DNA from: Halomicronema hongdechloris C2206
Lineage (GTDB): Bacteria; Cyanobacteriota; Cyanobacteriia; Phormidesmidales; Phormidesmidaceae
Assembly: GCF_002075285.3 (NCBI RefSeq)
Contig: NZ_CP021983.2
Coordinates: forward strand, 2,040,001-2,072,000
DNA: 32,000 nt
Reading direction: 5' to 3'
Part shown: one piece after another, positions 1 through 9,228 of the stretch
Position numbering within the stretch: position 1 is the stretch's first letter
How the letters are laid out: each line of letters starts with the position of its first letter
Position numbers and translations under genes: made by a program
The notes under the pieces: model-generated
Told to the model about the DNA's origin: nothing
Databases searched by the model: none
Seen by the model: the letters and a program-made list of their open reading frames with translations, nothing else

Positions 1-26
1 CCTTAGATTTTATTAAGACATAATAT

Positions 27-428
27 TTAGATACGTCTGAGATATTCGATAAAATGCTTTTTCTCTTCCTCTGTCAATTCACGTCTACGTGTTTTACTGT
101 AATTTTCTTGAAGGTACTCTTGGGCTTGTGTAACTTTCCAACCTGCAAAGCACATTTCAACTAGAATTTGGTCATCTAAGGATAACTCTATAACTCCGGC
201 AATGAGCTTCCAGCAAGGATCTGGTGGTCCAGTCCATTCTGCAGGAGTGTAGGGCATCCCAAGGCTGACAGTGACTAGGCAGGGTCTCTCTGGAAAGATT
301 TCTCGATCTAGCAAATCTACAAGTTCAGGATCAGTAATTGGTAGATTCTGCAGAGAGTAACCTGTCCGAGTCCTTAGGGAAGCTTTCCATTGTTTGCCAC
401 CTGTTCTTCGAGAAGATTTAGCAGGCAC
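27..428 (-). CDS. hypothetical protein, possibly a 5'-truncated remnant
   Basis: 133-codon ORF in the AT-rich first ~600 nt. The earliest start is a GTG at 428, yet the frame stays open with no start codon up to the TAA at 543-545. No family recognised by eye. Confidence 0.3.
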   Translation of the reverse strand: MPAKSSRRTGGKQWKASLRTRTGYSLQNLPITDPELVDLLDREIFPERPCLVTVSLGMPYTPAEWTGPPDPCWKLIAGVIELSLDDQILVEMCFAGWKVTQAQEYLQENYSKTRRRELTEEEKKHFIEYLRRI

Positions 429-625
429 AACAGAATCTACATAAATGAGTTGGAGAGACTTTCTTTGTTCTGCTGGTAAAGACTGTAAATAGGGAACCGA
501 AACATATTTTTCAGTCGTATGCAGTATAGGACTATGAAGTTTTTACACGGCCCATAGGACAGAATCAGCCTAAAGATGATGAATGTCCACATTTCCCCAT
601 TTCTTGGGGGTAACTCTTGGCAGTG

Positions 626-1285
626 CTAGAGATACCCGTGGTCGGCTAGGAAGTCGAGATCGATGGCTACTCCTTGGGGTATGGCAGCTGAGGCATCTCG
701 GTGTAGGAACCTCTCGACATATTTTCCCAGGATGTCTCCTTCTAGGTTAACGGCCTGGCCAGGCCGCAGGTACTGCAGGGTAGTCTCGCGGTAGGTCACC
801 GGAATGACTGCGACTCGAAACCAGTTACCCCGATCGCCACAGTCGGCGACGGTGAGACTGATGCCGTTCACGGCGATGCTGCCCTGGGGCACAAGGTAGC
901 GGGCTAGCTTAGGATTCGGGACAGAAAAGCTGATCTCCCAGGCATTGCCGGTTTCTGCGGCGGTGTCCAAATATCCCCAGCCGTCTACATGGCCAGTAAC
1001 GAAATGACCACCAATTTTGCTACCCACCCGTAGGGAGGCTTCCAGATTGACCCAACTGCCCTCGGCCTGTTGCCCCAGGGTAGAGCGATCCAGGGTTTCT
1101 GGAGAGGCCGTAGCCAGGAAGCCCTGGGGTACCTGCTGTTCTACGGTCAGGCAGACGCCATCTACGGCAATGCTATCTCCTAAGGCCAAGTCTGCCAGTA
1201 TCGGGGCCTGCGGGCAGTGGATGCGCAGTTGGTTGCGACCGACGGGATACATCCTGCCCAAGGCTTGAATTAAACCTGTGAACAC
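626..1285 (-). CDS. ribE: riboflavin synthase (alpha chain)
   Basis: 219 aa starting MFTGLIQALG. Two internally duplicated halves (GDSIAVDGVCLTV and GSIAVNGISLTV) and a length typical of riboflavin synthase. Confidence 0.9.
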   Translation of the reverse strand: MFTGLIQALGRMYPVGRNQLRIHCPQAPILADLALGDSIAVDGVCLTVEQQVPQGFLATASPETLDRSTLGQQAEGSWVNLEASLRVGSKIGGHFVTGHVDGWGYLDTAAETGNAWEISFSVPNPKLARYLVPQGSIAVNGISLTVADCGDRGNWFRVAVIPVTYRETTLQYLRPGQAVNLEGDILGKYVERFLHRDASAAIPQGVAIDLDFLADHGYL

Positions 1286-1606
1286 GCTTATGTACCTTTG
1301 CTAAATTCTCAGGAATCTTGGCGGCAATCTAGAGCCAGATCAGGGCATACTTGAAGCAACGAGCTGTTCAGGTAAGGGTGGGGGTTAGGCAAATACAAAT
1401 CTGATGTTCTGGTTCTCGGCGGAATGGTTTAGCTTAATAGTATAAGGGTTCGAGTTCTCTAAGCCTCTGATGGCGTAGACGATAATTGGTTAGGTACCCT
1501 TTGCTTGACTGCAGCTACCGTTTGAAGCAACTCGATTGCGTGTGTGTTTAGCCGAGTCTGAGTAACTCCGACGAACCTCTGCCTAGCGGATTCATGAGGC
1601 CAACCC

Positions 1607-2125
1607 ATGATTGAAATGAAAGTCGCCGGAATTGCCCTTGACGCCGTCTCTCGCAGCCCAGTGGTCTTGCTGAGAGATACGGCTGACCGGCGGGCTCTAC
1701 CTATCTACATCGGTGCAGACCAGGCCAAATCGATTATCAATGCCTTAGAGAACCAGGTGGCCCCACGGCCACTGACCCACGATCTGTTTATCAATTTGAT
1801 CGATGAGTGGGAAATGTCCCTGGAACGGGTGGTTATCCACGCCCTGCGGGATAATACCTTCTATGCGCTGCTCACCCTGGTTCATGGCGATACCCGCCGG
1901 GAGCTAGATGCTCGCCCCAGTGATGCGATCGCAATTGCCCTGCGAGCCGATGCCCCCATCTGGGTAATGGAAGAGGTGATTGCCGATGCCTCCATCCCGG
2001 TGGATCGCGATGCGGATGAGGCGGAGAAACAGGCCTTCCGTGACTTCATCTCAAACCTCAGCCCCGCCGACTTCGGGCAGCACAAGGGCCGCCGCCCTAG
2101 CAACGATCCCTACGAAAATAGCTGA
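1607..2125 (+). CDS. bifunctional nuclease family protein (DUF151/BFN)
   Basis: 172 aa. The N-terminus (VVLLRDTADRRALPIYIGADQAKSI ... RPLTHDL ... ARPSDAIALA) matches my memory of the DUF151 bifunctional nuclease family. Confidence 0.75.
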   Translation: MIEMKVAGIALDAVSRSPVVLLRDTADRRALPIYIGADQAKSIINALENQVAPRPLTHDLFINLIDEWEMSLERVVIHALRDNTFYALLTLVHGDTRRELDARPSDAIAIALRADAPIWVMEEVIADASIPVDRDADEAEKQAFRDFISNLSPADFGQHKGRRPSNDPYENS

Positions 2126-2169
2126 CGCTATTACTGGAGATTGGCGAGGGATTCGCCGCTGCTGAGTCA

Positions 2170-3294
2170 ATGCACTACCGCCGCTTTGGCACAACCAACC
2201 ACCACATCTCTACCTTCTCCTTGGGGACCATGCGCTGCCTGGCCTCAGAAGACATCTTTCAGCAGACCGTTGCCCGGGCCCTAGCTCAAGGTATCAACCA
2301 TATCGAAACCGCCCGCGGCTATGGCCAGAGCGAGCGGTTTTTGGGCCGCACCCTCCAGGCCTTAAAGGTTGCCCCTGACACCCTGGTCCTCACCAGTAAG
2401 ATTCCCCCCAGCCCGGATGCCAGCAGCTTCGATCGCCACATCGATGAGACCCTAGAGCGACTCCAGGTGAGCCAGCTAGATTGCCTGGCCCTCCATGGCA
2501 TCAACACCTGGCAGCACTTAGACTGGATTCGCCACCCCCAGGGCTGTATGCAAGCTGCCCAGGCTGCCCGCGATGATGGACGCATTGGCCATTTAGGCTT
2601 CTCCACCCATGGCTTTCGAGAAGTGATTGCCACCACCATTGAGACGGGCTACTTCGATTTTGTCAACTTGCACTACTATTACTTTTTTCAGCGCCATGAG
2701 CCTGTCATCGAGCTAGCCCACCACCAAGACATGGGAGTGTTCATCATCTCCCCCGCCGATAAGGGAGGGATGCTGTATCGTCCTCCCGATACCCTGAAAG
2801 CTCTCTGCCATCCCTTTGATCCCCTGTTGCTGACCTACCGCTGGCTGCTGAGCGATCCCCGCGTGACCACCCTCAGCATTGGCCCTGCCATCCCGGCAGA
2901 GATCTCCCAGGAATTGGCGACCCTAGATGATGGCCCCCTGACAGAGCAGGAGCAGGCCGCCCTGGATCGACTGGCGGCTCGCCCCACCACAGCCCTAGGG
3001 GCAGACCTGTGTCGCCAGTGTTATGCCTGTTTGCCCTGCCCAGAGGCCATTCACATCCCTGAGGTATTGCGGCTGCGCACCCTAGCCCAGGCCTATGACA
3101 TGACTGCCTTCGGCCAGTATCGCTATGGCATGTTTGAGAATGCTGGCCATTGGTTTCCTGGTCGCAAAGCCAACCGCTGCACCAGCTGTGGCGACTGCCT
3201 GCCCCGTTGTCCCGAGAACCTCGATATTCCGACTCTGCTGCACCAGACCCACACTCAATTACAGGGACCAGAGCGACGACGACTATGGGGCTGA
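2170..3294 (+). CDS. aldo/keto reductase with C-terminal Fe-S cysteine clusters
   Basis: AKR-like N-terminus (GINHIETARGYGQSERFLG). Two ferredoxin-like Cys motifs at the C-terminus (CRQCYACLPCP and CTSCGDCLPRCP). Confidence 0.85.
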   Translation: MHYRRFGTTNHHISTFSLGTMRCLASEDIFQQTVARALAQGINHIETARGYGQSERFLGRTLQALKVAPDTLVLTSKIPPSPDASSFDRHIDETLERLQVSQLDCLALHGINTWQHLDWIRHPQGCMQAAQAARDDGRIGHLGFSTHGFREVIATTIETGYFDFVNLHYYYFFQRHEPVIELAHHQDMGVFIISPADKGGMLYRPPDTLKALCHPFDPLLLTYRWLLSDPRVTTLSIGPAIPAEISQELATLDDGPLTEQEQAALDRLAARPTTALGADLCRQCYACLPCPEAIHIPEVLRLRTLAQAYDMTAFGQYRYGMFENAGHWFPGRKANRCTSCGDCLPRCPENLDIPTLLHQTHTQLQGPERRRLWG

Positions 3295-3989
3295 TGATTC
3301 TTGCTATTGTCCTGCTGGTCTTGGCGGCAGGCACCCTGGTCTTGGCCCAACCACGGCCCCTGTTGAGGCTTATTCAGGCCCTGAGCCCTGGAGTACTGTT
3401 CTTCGTTGAGACCTCGCAACCGTTGGTAGCCCTGACCATCGACGATGGCCCCGACGGCGAGACGACTCCTGACATCCTGGCTGTGTTGGCCCGCTATCAA
3501 GTCACCGCCACCTTTTTCCTCATCAGCAGTCGCGTCCCCGGCCAGGGGGCCGTGGTCACCGCCATGGTGGCCCAGGGCCATGAACTGGGCAATCATCTCA
3601 CTGAAGACCGCCCTAGCATTACCCTGAGTCGGGCTGAATTTACTGCGGCTTTGACCGCAGCCCATGATTGCCTAGCGGCCTTTGCTGCGCCGCGTTGGCT
3701 GCGTCCCGCCTCGGGCTGGTATCGCCCGGCCATGGTTGACATTGCCCATCGCCACGGCTACGGCGTAGCCTTAGGAGCTCCTTTCCCCTTCGACACTCAC
3801 ATCCCCTCGGTTGACTTTGCCTGTGGCCAGATCCTGACGACGATTCGGCCTGGCAGTATTATCATTCTCCATGACGGCGGTCAGCGGGGACGACGCACCC
3901 TGGTCGTGTTAGAGAGGCTCTTGCCCGTGCTGCAGGGGCGGGGCTATCGGGTGGTATCCCTATCTGAGCTGGTGGCTCTGGCGAGTTAA
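3285..3989 (+). CDS. polysaccharide deacetylase (NodB homology domain) with N-terminal membrane anchor
   Basis: NodB motifs TIDDGP, GHELGNH and LRPASG after a hydrophobic N-terminus (MGLMILAIVLLVLAAG). ATG 3285 overlaps the stop of the upstream AKR (ATGGGGCTGATGA). The ORF-track start at 3150 lies inside the AKR gene. Confidence 0.85.
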   Translation: MGLMILAIVLLVLAAGTLVLAQPRPLLRLIQALSPGVLFFVETSQPLVALTIDDGPDGETTPDILAVLARYQVTATFFLISSRVPGQGAVVTAMVAQGHELGNHLTEDRPSITLSRAEFTAALTAAHDCLAAFAAPRWLRPASGWYRPAMVDIAHRHGYGVALGAPFPFDTHIPSVDFACGQILTTIRPGSIIILHDGGQRGRRTLVVLERLLPVLQGRGYRVVSLSELVALAS

Positions 3990-4145
3990 GCCGTTCCCGA
4001 AATCTTCACTATTTCCTCGGTTTTCTGGGTAATTGCCCGATACCTGCCCTATCGAACGATAGAGATTGGGCTGCTTCGAGCTGGAATGGCTGAAATCCCC
4101 TGGGGGGGGGTGTTAGCCTAAGGGGGTGACTTAAGACGCAACTGT

Positions 4146-5348
4146 ATGGTAACGACTCCTGAAACCCGCCCCTACTCTGATGCTCCTGGCAGTTATCCGT
4201 CCGACCCATCGGCCACCGAGCGGGTGGCCGTATTGTTAATGGGGTACGGCGAAGTTGAGAGCTATGAAGACTTTGCCAACTACAACGAGCAGGCCCTGAA
4301 CTTGCTGACGGCTAAATTCGCGCCAGTACCTACCTGGATATATCCTCCCTTAGCAAAGCTATTGGCTCTGTTTGACCGGCACGAGTGGAGTCATCAGCAT
4401 GGCAACTTTATTTCGCCCCACAATGCCATCTTCGAGCGGCAACGGGCTGGGATTGAGGAGCGCCTACAGGCCCAGTGGGGGGAACGGGTCAAGGTCTTCA
4501 AGGCCTTTAACTTCTGCGCCCCCTATCTGCCGGATCAGATGTTGAGCCAGATTAAGCAAGAAGGCTTTGACAAGCTGCTGATTTATCCTCTCCTGGTGGT
4601 CGATTCGATTTTCACCAGCGGCATCGCTGTGGAACAGGTGAATCAAGCCCTGAGTCAATTAACTGATGGCGGTGAACACTGGTTGAAGGGAATCCGTTAC
4701 ATCCCCTCTTTCTTCGACCAACCGGACTATATCGATCTCTGTGCCCGCTTGGTGGAGGATAAGATCCAAGACTATTTGGCGGTGGCTCACTTGCCGTCTC
4801 AAACGGGTATTGTGTTGATGAACCACGGCTGCCCCCACCAGGCTAAGGGCTTTACCTCTGGAATTACCGAGAGCCAGGCCCTTTACGACCGGGTGCGGCA
4901 GCGATTGATTCACCGCTATCCTCTGATGTCGGTGGGTTGGCTTAACCATGACACGCCTTTGATCGAGTGGACCCAACCTAATGCCATGCTGGCGGCGCGC
5001 AATCTCATGGAGTTGGGAGCCACAGCCATTTTATTTATGCCCATCGGCTTTGCCACTGAGAATCACGAGACGCTCTTGGATGTGGAGCATATCATTGAGA
5101 CCCTGCGACGGCAGCGTCCTGATGTCACCTACGTGCAGATGCCCTGTGTTAACGACCATGACGAGTTTCTCACCATGGCCGCAAATTGGGCCCAACCGCT
5201 GATTGAAGCGCTGCTATCGGAACAGGCTCTGGCAGTGCAGCCAGCCCTGGCCACAACCCAGGCTCAGGACTATAACGGCCATAGCCACGATCACGGTCAT
5301 TCCCATGACCACGATCATCACCATGGCCATCACCATCATCCCCATTAG
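4146..5348 (+). CDS. ferrochelatase-fold (class II chelatase) paralogue with C-terminal His-rich tail
   Basis: Collinear with ferrochelatase landmarks from memory (LLMGYGEVESYEDF; LIYPLLVVDSIFTSG; IVLMNHGCP; FMPIGFATENHETLLDVE). Ends in HSHDHGHSHDHDHHHGHHHHPH. No chlorophyll a/b-binding-type C-terminal helix. Confidence 0.65.
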   Translation: MVTTPETRPYSDAPGSYPSDPSATERVAVLLMGYGEVESYEDFANYNEQALNLLTAKFAPVPTWIYPPLAKLLALFDRHEWSHQHGNFISPHNAIFERQRAGIEERLQAQWGERVKVFKAFNFCAPYLPDQMLSQIKQEGFDKLLIYPLLVVDSIFTSGIAVEQVNQALSQLTDGGEHWLKGIRYIPSFFDQPDYIDLCARLVEDKIQDYLAVAHLPSQTGIVLMNHGCPHQAKGFTSGITESQALYDRVRQRLIHRYPLMSVGWLNHDTPLIEWTQPNAMLAARNLMELGATAILFMPIGFATENHETLLDVEHIIETLRRQRPDVTYVQMPCVNDHDEFLTMAANWAQPLIEALLSEQALAVQPALATTQAQDYNGHSHDHGHSHDHDHHHGHHHHPH

Positions 5349-5356
5349 GGCCAGTC

Positions 5357-7393
5357 CTAGTCTGGACTCCCTTCCTCGTCACTGTCTGGAGGTGCTTCGT
5401 CGGTGGGTTCCCTTTCGGTGTTCTCTGGATCCTCCGACGGTGCTGCGTCCTCGGCCGAGGAAGAGTCTTCTGAGTCGGAGTCTGGCTCTGGAGCGGGTGG
5501 AACACTGACATCGTCTACGGCGATATCGAGGCGGTAGGCAATGGGGGTGTCTGAGGCGGACACGACGACGACTTCGTAGTAGCCGCTCTGGGGCAGCGCC
5601 CCTGACCAGGTGGTTTGACGGGCATCGGCGAGTAGATGGGGCTGCTCGTCTGTGGGGCTGGGTAGATACAGGGATAGCTGGGTGGATTGGGAGGGAGCCT
5701 GGAGATTTAGTCGCAGAAACTGGTCTGCTCTCAGGTTCATGATGTATACCCGTCCTCGGCCGGGGGCAATGGTGTCGTTAATTCGCTGCCGATAGGCGTC
5801 TCGGGCGAAGCGAATTTCTGAGAGCCGTTCCCCGGACTGCAGCGCCCGCACTTGGTCTGCTGCGATCGCAAACCAGATCTGCTCGATGGGCCCTGCCGTT
5901 GATCGATCGACTGAATACCCAGGGAAGCGACGGGCAAAGCGGGCATCAGCCAGGTCATACAGAGCGGTAGAACTCACATGGAGGCGGTTCATCTGGGCTT
6001 GCCAGCGCTCCCGAATCGCTGGGCTGTATTGCCCTAGGCGCTGGCGAGCTGGGCTGCTGAGATTGCCCTCAAACCAGCTCAGCATCTCTGCCGCCAAGGC
6101 ATCCCACTCGGCCCGTAACTCGGCATCCTCTGGCCCCTCTCCCAGGGGCTGATCACGACGCTCCGGATAGCGCTGGTAGAAGAGCGCATCACTGAGGCGG
6201 ACTAGATAGGCCCAATCGATCCCTAGCTCTTGACTGCGTTGCTGTAGGGCCTGGAGTCGGCCCTGTTCGACAGCCGACTGTCGCGTCCCCACCGTCTCGG
6301 CAGTGGGATCGCCACCCCATTGCCCCCCTCCCTGGCGTAGTCCCCACCAAATCAAGCCAGCCGTGATCAGCAGGAGAAACAAGCCCAGCAGCGCCTGCCA
6401 GAAGCCGGAGGCCGAGGGGGTCGGCGGTACTGCTGGCGGAGCATAGGCCGTTTGGGCAGGGGTGGCTAAGGGGGGCAGCGGTGGAGGCGCTTCCCAGCCA
6501 GGAGACGGGGCGGCTGCCATCGACTCCGCCGCCGCTGGCCTGGGCAGATTCAGGGCTTGCATCACTGCCAGGGCAGACCCATAGCGCTGCCCTGGACTCG
6601 GGGCCAACATCCGATCCAACACACTGGCCAGTTGGGCACCGACAGAGACCCGTTGCCGCCAGTGCCAGGTTTTTTGATCTGGATCATAGAGAGCCTGGGG
6701 AGAATGCCCCGTCAACAGCTCGACTACTGTGGCTGCCAGGGCATAGAGATCGACGGTGACATCGACCTCACCGTCGGCAAACTGCTCTATGGGGGCATAG
6801 CCTTCCTTACCCAGCCGCGTCTTGTCACTGGCGGCAGCACCGTCAAAGCCTAGGCGATGTTCCACCTGCTGAGCCAACTGTTTCACCCCACCGAAGTCAA
6901 TCAGCACCGGCAGGCCATCGACATTACGCTGAATCAGATTATCGGGGGAGATATCTCGGTGGATGACACCAATGCTATGGAGATAGGCCAGCACCGGCAG
7001 CAGATGTTGCAGCAGCAGTCGCACATCTCCTTCGGAAAAGGTATCGCCATATTTGAGCCGGGCCGCCAGCAGATCCCGGTAGGTAGGCCCGTCAACATAG
7101 TCCTGGACCAGGAATAACCGGTTCTGGGTGCGCAATAATTCCCGGAAGCGAGGGATCTGGGGATGATTTAGCTGATAGAGAACCCCAGCTTCCCGCTCGA
7201 ACAGTTGTCGCGCTTTTTCTAGGGCACTCTCGCCGCTAACCTGGGGAGCGAATTCCTTCAGCACACACAATTCATTGAAGCGGTGGCTGTCTTCGGCTAG
7301 GTATGTATGGCCAAAGCCGCCTCGCCCCAGCTCTCGCACGAGACGGTAGCGCCCACCGAGGGGCTGTTGTCCAAGGCTGACACCTGGCGACAT
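5357..7393 (-). CDS. serine/threonine protein kinase with a transmembrane segment and an extracytoplasmic C-terminal domain
   Basis: Hanks kinase motifs GRGGFGHTYLA, CVLKEF, HRDISPDNLI, DFGGVK and YAPIEQ. A Pro-rich linker, one hydrophobic helix (FWQALLGLFLLLITAGLIWWGL), a ~280-aa C-terminal domain and an acidic tail. Confidence 0.9.
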   Translation of the reverse strand: MSPGVSLGQQPLGGRYRLVRELGRGGFGHTYLAEDSHRFNELCVLKEFAPQVSGESALEKARQLFEREAGVLYQLNHPQIPRFRELLRTQNRLFLVQDYVDGPTYRDLLAARLKYGDTFSEGDVRLLLQHLLPVLAYLHSIGVIHRDISPDNLIQRNVDGLPVLIDFGGVKQLAQQVEHRLGFDGAAASDKTRLGKEGYAPIEQFADGEVDVTVDLYALAATVVELLTGHSPQALYDPDQKTWHWRQRVSVGAQLASVLDRMLAPSPGQRYGSALAVMQALNLPRPAAAESMAAAPSPGWEAPPPLPPLATPAQTAYAPPAVPPTPSASGFWQALLGLFLLLITAGLIWWGLRQGGGQWGGDPTAETVGTRQSAVEQGRLQALQQRSQELGIDWAYLVRLSDALFYQRYPERRDQPLGEGPEDAELRAEWDALAAEMLSWFEGNLSSPARQRLGQYSPAIRERWQAQMNRLHVSSTALYDLADARFARRFPGYSVDRSTAGPIEQIWFAIAADQVRALQSGERLSEIRFARDAYRQRINDTIAPGRGRVYIMNLRADQFLRLNLQAPSQSTQLSLYLPSPTDEQPHLLADARQTTWSGALPQSGYYEVVVVSASDTPIAYRLDIAVDDVSVPPAPEPDSDSEDSSSAEDAAPSEDPENTEREPTDEAPPDSDEEGSPD

Positions 7394-7447
7394 GGTGATC
7401 TCTGGTTGCCTCCCTCTTGAGCCTGTAATGTCTGTCCTGCAATCCCC

Positions 7448-8362
7448 CTAGCCCTCTCTCTGCTGACGATTGGCGAAATAGGGCAACTGTGTGTGCTGGC
7501 GCGGCCAACTGCGGTAGATATAGCGACCAACCCAGGGCGCTGATAGCAGTAACAATAGCAGCGCCAACCACCAACCGGCGCGGAACTCCTCTAGGGTGGT
7601 CATGGCCACAGTCGTGCGGGTGGGACTTGTGGCTAATTCTAAGCTGGATGCGATCGCATTGTTGAGAGCATGGGCCAGAATCGGCACCCACAAAGTGCGG
7701 CTATGGAGATAGAGCAAGGCCAGCACCAAGCCAAACACAAAGAGACCCACCAGGTTCATGTGCAACAGCCCAAACAAAACCGACGTCAACACCACCGCCG
7801 GACCAATCCCCCATTTGCTGCCCCAACGGTGCAGCAATATCCCCCGAAACAGAAATTCCTCCGTCACCGGAGCCACCAGTAACACCGAAAATAGCGTCAG
7901 CCCGTTATACAGCCCTGGGGCCGCGGTGTCCGCCGCCGACAATAACAGTGGTTTCTGCAGCGTCGATTCTACCAGCGACGGCATGATCCAAGAGAGGCCA
8001 TAGTAAGACAGTTGAAAGGCCGCCAAGGAAAAGATAAACACCGCCGCCATCAACCCCAGCAGGTGACGCCAAGGATACCCAGAGGGCAAGGTCCCCATCA
8101 AATACCGCAACCGCAGCCGCCGACTACGGCAACGCCGGACGATCCAACCGCAGAGACTGACAAAGGTGAGGGTATAGAGTGCCGGGGCCAATATGGGATC
8201 ATCAGGCTGCAGGGGCAGAACCCGGACCGCCTCTAGCACATCCAGCAGCAGTCCAAAGAACAGCCCGAAGCCGAATAGCCCCAGCACTAAACTACGGGCC
8301 CGCAGAAACCGAAACGAATCAGCTGTCACCATATACAGGCACCGTTGCCCCTCGAATATCAC
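7448..8362 (-). CDS. CPBP family intramembrane glutamic endopeptidase (CAAX/Abi-type)
   Basis: Multi-pass hydrophobic protein with EEFLFRG, FGLLH and HALNN motifs. The start may be M11 (8332). It overlaps the 3' end of the SDR gene. Confidence 0.85.
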   Translation of the reverse strand: MIFEGQRCLYMVTADSFRFLRARSLVLGLFGFGLFFGLLLDVLEAVRVLPLQPDDPILAPALYTLTFVSLCGWIVRRCRSRRLRLRYLMGTLPSGYPWRHLLGLMAAVFIFSLAAFQLSYYGLSWIMPSLVESTLQKPLLLSAADTAAPGLYNGLTLFSVLLVAPVTEEFLFRGILLHRWGSKWGIGPAVVLTSVLFGLLHMNLVGLFVFGLVLALLYLHSRTLWVPILAHALNNAIASSLELATSPTRTTVAMTTLEEFRAGWWLALLLLLLSAPWVGRYIYRSWPRQHTQLPYFANRQQREG

Positions 8363-9014
8363 CCGCCGCCTCGGAGGCTAAAAAGCAGATCACCCGGGCT
8401 AGGGAAGCTGGCTTCACCCATTGGTCAACCTGCTCGGTGCCCATGGCCTCACGGTTGGCTGGGGTATCGATAATACTCGGCAACACTGAATTGGCCGTAA
8501 TCCGGCTGCCCTTGGTTTCTGCGGCGATGGCGCGAGTCAACGCCACAACCGCGGCCTTAGAGGCACAGTAGGCCCCCAGTTGGGCCGCGGGTTGCACTGC
8601 TCCCCGAGAGCCAATGGTGACGATACGACCATAGCCCTGAGCCTGCATTTTCTTAAGACTATACTTACAGGCTAGAAACGTGGTGTGCAGATTGAGGTCA
8701 AAGTCGTGACGCCACTCCTGAAAGCTATAGTCAGCAATGGCCCCCATGGCAAAGCCTCCCACCAGATGAATCAACCCATCTAATCGAGTCATCTCGGCGA
8801 TCAACTGAACCACAGTGGTTTCATCACTTAAATCAGCCTGCAGAAATCGCACCCGCTCTAGCTGGGCAGGGGCCAGGTTCTGCTTCAGCTGCTCCACCTC
8901 GTCTTGATTGCGATAGGGCAAGGTCAGATAGGCTCCTTGGTTCAGGGCTTCCCGAGTCACCCCTTGGCCAAGGCCACCAGTGCCCCCCGTAATCAGTATC
9001 TGCTGTCCCTGCAT
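8319..9014 (-). CDS. SDR family oxidoreductase
   Basis: TGGTGGLG cofactor motif at the N-terminus, a YCASK (YxxxK) catalytic motif, 231 aa. Confidence 0.9.
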   Translation of the reverse strand: MQGQQILITGGTGGLGQGVTREALNQGAYLTLPYRNQDEVEQLKQNLAPAQLERVRFLQADLSDETTVVQLIAEMTRLDGLIHLVGGFAMGAIADYSFQEWRHDFDLNLHTTFLACKYSLKKMQAQGYGRIVTIGSRGAVQPAAQLGAYCASKAAVVALTRAIAAETKGSRITANSVLPSIIDTPANREAMGTEQVDQWVKPASLARVICFLASEAAGDIRGATVPVYGDS

Positions 9015-9228
9015 AACTAGTCCTCATTCTGTGCACTGCCTTCACCATAGCGAGGCTGAGGCAAATCCTTGTACCTCACTAGCCTCAAAAACGCTGTCAC
9101 CCGATATGACTCTATGAACACCAAGGGGATGACGGGCCAGCACCTCTCCGCCAAGCTATAACTAAGGCACCCGTGCCTGTGGCCTGCCCTTAAATATCTC
9201 TGCCTATGCAACCTGTTTCCTCTCTGCC

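Noticed and set aside
1447-1457. GGTTCGAGTTC, a tRNA T-loop-like string in the ribE/BFN intergenic region.
   Set aside because: The flanking bases cannot form a T-stem (AAGGG versus TCTCT), and no acceptor or anticodon arms could be built by hand.
3150-3284. Long N-terminal extension of the deacetylase ORF (ORF-track start 3150).
   Set aside because: It lies entirely inside the AKR coding frame and translates to Pro/Ser/Arg-rich sequence. ATG 3285 gives a normal membrane anchor and a start/stop overlap with the AKR.
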